This document shows positions 16,915 to 18,618 of a stretch of DNA of 18,618 bases, in pieces; the first letter of the stretch is position 1; each line of letters begins with the position of its first letter. The notes beneath the pieces are model-generated. The model did not search any database, was not told where the DNA came from, and saw nothing but the letters and a program-made list of their open reading frames with translations. The stretch lies in the IMG/VR virus record IMGVR_UViG_2778261163_000001; one strand, given 5' to 3'. The translations under genes were made by a program, and so were the position numbers. This DNA is from a virus (lineage: Duplodnaviria > Heunggongvirae > Uroviricota > Caudoviricetes).

Positions 16915-18372
16915 TTAGGAGCGCCAAAAAAAACCTGAAAACAATATAATAACAGGATAAATTTCAAGGCGACCAAGAATCATAGCTATGCACATTAAAT
17001 ATTTTGCAATGTCATTAAGCACTCCGAATGACGATGCAGTAGCCCCAAAACCTAATCCCATATTATTAATACATGCAGCCACTGTTGCAAATGATGTAAG
17101 AAAATCATATCCCATACCATTTAACACCAGTATAAAAAACACCGTGAAGAGAGTATAAAGAAAAAAGAAACTCCATACAGACCTCATTACACGATCTGTA
17201 ACTATCTTCCCTCCTACATTTACACTCAACAACGCTCTGGGATGAGAAAGCTGATTTATCTCGTGTTTGCTTTGTTTGAAAAGTATAAGAAATCGAAGTG
17301 ACTTAATTCCACCACAAGTTGAACCTATACATCCCCCAAAGAAACTTGACAACAGCAAAAACACTATCGTGTGCGTGGGCCAGCTTGCATAATCCTGCGT
17401 AGCTAAACCATTATCAGTGAGCATGGAGCTGGCAAGAAAAAACGAATGAATAAAACTTCCATGCAAGTCATACATACCTATATGCCAGACCTGGAAAGAG
17501 GTAACAATGATCACCCCTAAGGCTATTAACAGAAAGAAACGAAGTTCAATATCTCTGATTAAAGGTTTTATCGTTTTCCTGCTAATAACAATATACCAAA
17601 GAGTGAAGTTGAAAGCCGATAGCAGGGAAAAAGAACCAGCCACCAGCTCAACCAAATAGTTATTAAAATATCCGATACTCTCGCTATGAGTTGAGAAACC
17701 ACCAAGCGAAACTGTGGAAATCCCGTGACAAATAGCGTCAAACAAAGGCATTCCTGCAAGTCTATAACAGACAATACAAGCAATACCTAATAAAGAATAA
17801 GTTATCCACAGTGTCCGTGACGTATCGGCCAGGCGGGGAGTGAGTTTGTCATCCTTAAATGGCCCCGGCATTTCTGACTGATAAAGCTTTGCACCACCAA
17901 TACCCAATAATGGCAATACAGCAACCGCCAGAACAATAACTCCTAAACCACCTATAAAATTTAACTGTGACCGATAGTACAAATATGCCCGAGGTAATGA
18001 ACTAACATCATCAATTACAGTTGCTCCTGTTGTTGTTATTCCAGAAACCCCTTCAAACAGAGCATCAATGAACGTTAAATTAAGTTCTGAGTCAATCCAT
18101 AAAGGGAATGCACTAATAACAGAAAACAAAATCCAAAACATTACAATTATAATAAACCCATCACGGGTACGTAATTGAATGCCAGATTTCTTAGTTGTAT
18201 ACCACGCTCCGCCACCAATACAAAAAAATATAACGAAAGTTATAAAGAAAACGAACAGGCTTTTTTCTTTATAAAACAATGCTACAACCATTGGTGGCAA
18301 CATTGAAAGACTATAGAGCCAAACCAGGAACCCACACATATGAGTAACAACTCTTACATGAGATGTATTCAT
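16915..18372 (-). CDS. trkG: Trk-system potassium uptake protein TrkG
   Basis: Polytopic membrane protein with repeated glycine-rich selectivity-filter-like segments (GVSGITTTG, LNFIGGLGVIVL, STVSLGGFSTH, NNMGLGFGA) typical of the TrkH/TrkG/KtrB family. Starting at the ATG at 18372 (MNTSHVRVV...) gives 485 aa, the length I recall for E. coli TrkG; the track start at 18390 is TTG. The region is visibly AT-rich relative to the phage structural genes, and trkG is known to reside in the Rac prophage. Confidence 0.85.
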   Translation of the reverse strand: MNTSHVRVVTHMCGFLVWLYSLSMLPPMVVALFYKEKSLFVFFITFVIFFCIGGGAWYTTKKSGIQLRTRDGFIIIVMFWILFSVISAFPLWIDSELNLTFIDALFEGVSGITTTGATVIDDVSSLPRAYLYYRSQLNFIGGLGVIVLAVAVLPLLGIGGAKLYQSEMPGPFKDDKLTPRLADTSRTLWITYSLLGIACIVCYRLAGMPLFDAICHGISTVSLGGFSTHSESIGYFNNYLVELVAGSFSLLSAFNFTLWYIVISRKTIKPLIRDIELRFFLLIALGVIIVTSFQVWHIGMYDLHGSFIHSFFLASSMLTDNGLATQDYASWPTHTIVFLLLSSFFGGCIGSTCGGIKSLRFLILFKQSKHEINQLSHPRALLSVNVGGKIVTDRVMRSVWSFFFLYTLFTVFFILVLNGMGYDFLTSFATVAACINNMGLGFGATASSFGVLNDIAKYLMCIAMILGRLEIYPVIILFSGFFWRS

Positions 18373-18390
18373 ATCTAAATATTCTTTCAA

Positions 18391-18450
18391 TTATAACCAC
18401 CTTGCTGCAATATTATGATTATACTGTATAAAATTTAACTCCTCTTAGAT
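18391..18450 (-). promoter_or_regulatory. putative trkG promoter region
   Basis: Two perfect TATAAT hexamers on the minus strand upstream of the trkG start (complement of 18390..18395 and of 18418..18423) in AT-rich sequence. No convincing -35 hexamer and no clear Shine-Dalgarno, so placement is tentative. Confidence 0.3.
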
Positions 18451-18491
18451 CTTACTTCACTGTTCCTTATGAAACAATCATCAAAATGAAT

Positions 18492-18618
18492 TGATCCTAC
18501 CCACGTAATATGGACACAGGCCTAAGCGAGGTTCTTGTTTTCAAATTGTTCCGGACTGAGGCCGCCACACCAACTGTGCCGCCGCCACCGATTGTAATCA
18601 CATTCGATATAATTAAAC
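18492..18618 (-). mobile_element. right end of an IS3-like insertion sequence (element continues beyond the window)
   Basis: TGATCCTACCCACGTAATATGGACACAGGCCTAAGCGAG at 18492 matches my recollection of the IS3 terminal inverted repeat (TGATC...TGGACAC...GGCTAAG). Immediately inside is the 3' end of a transposase-like ORF. Recognised from memory, not searched. Confidence 0.6.
18522..18618 (-). CDS. IS3-family transposase (OrfB / integrase core), C-terminal 31 codons only
   Basis: Minus-strand frame with no stop from the window edge to TAG at 18524..18522, translating ...[31 protein letters not shown]. The YN-x-x-R-x-HS...G-x-x-SP-x-x-FE pattern is characteristic of the C-terminus of DDE transposases of the IS3 family. 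Confidence 0.55.

Noticed and set aside
16695-16976. 93-aa minus-strand ORF spanning the trkG/ParB-like intergenic region
   Set aside because: Overlaps the trkG 3' end, the terminator hairpin and the ParB-like start in a different frame; more parsimoniously non-coding.
1633-17783. Alternative-frame minus-strand ORFs nested in larger genes (1633..1848, 6490..6777, 8439..8750, 9263..9493, 9548..9838, 13904..14335, 15624..15917, 17568..17783)
   Set aside because: Out-of-frame overlaps with much longer ORFs that have coherent domain content; no independent start signals.
7882-18390. Extended upstream starts given in the ORF track for capsid (9114), scaffold (9956), glycosyltransferase-like (16014), terL (13804) and trkG (18390)
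   Set aside because: These use TTG or GTG, or lack a Shine-Dalgarno; in-frame ATGs with better ribosome-binding context lie shortly downstream (9021, 9884, 15993, 13795, 18372).
1-18618. CRISPR arrays, tRNA, rRNA, integrase or attachment sites
   Set aside because: No regularly spaced direct repeats with unique spacers, no cloverleaf-like tRNA candidates and no recombinase-like ORF were seen; the only repeat arrays are the intragenic TGCGCA hexamers and the tape measure repeats.

Overview
This 18.6 kb window is one contiguous piece of a lambdoid (Rac-like) prophage from an E. coli-like enterobacterium, with every supportable gene on the minus strand. Reading in the direction of transcription (high to low coordinates): the right end of an IS3-like insertion sequence (18492..18618); the AT-rich potassium transporter gene trkG as a self-contained moron with its own terminator; a three-gene accessory cluster (ParB-like nuclease-domain protein, a soluble GT-A-fold glycosyltransferase-like protein, a small HTH protein); then a complete late morphogenesis operon (terS, terL, portal, Mu-F/SPP1-gp7-like minor head protein, scaffold, major capsid, an unlisted 58-aa ORF, four head-tail joining genes, major tail protein, tail assembly chaperone with a programmed -1 frameshift, 1077-aa tape measure protein, lambda-M-like protein, and the start of a near-lambda-identical gpL). 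No tRNA, rRNA or CRISPR array was seen. The most interesting candidates are the ParB-like/glycosyltransferase pair upstream of the terminase genes (possible DNA-modification or anti-defence module) and a phased array of palindromic TGCGCA hexamers inside terS (possible pac site). All calls are from reading the sequence and translations by eye; no database search or computation was run.
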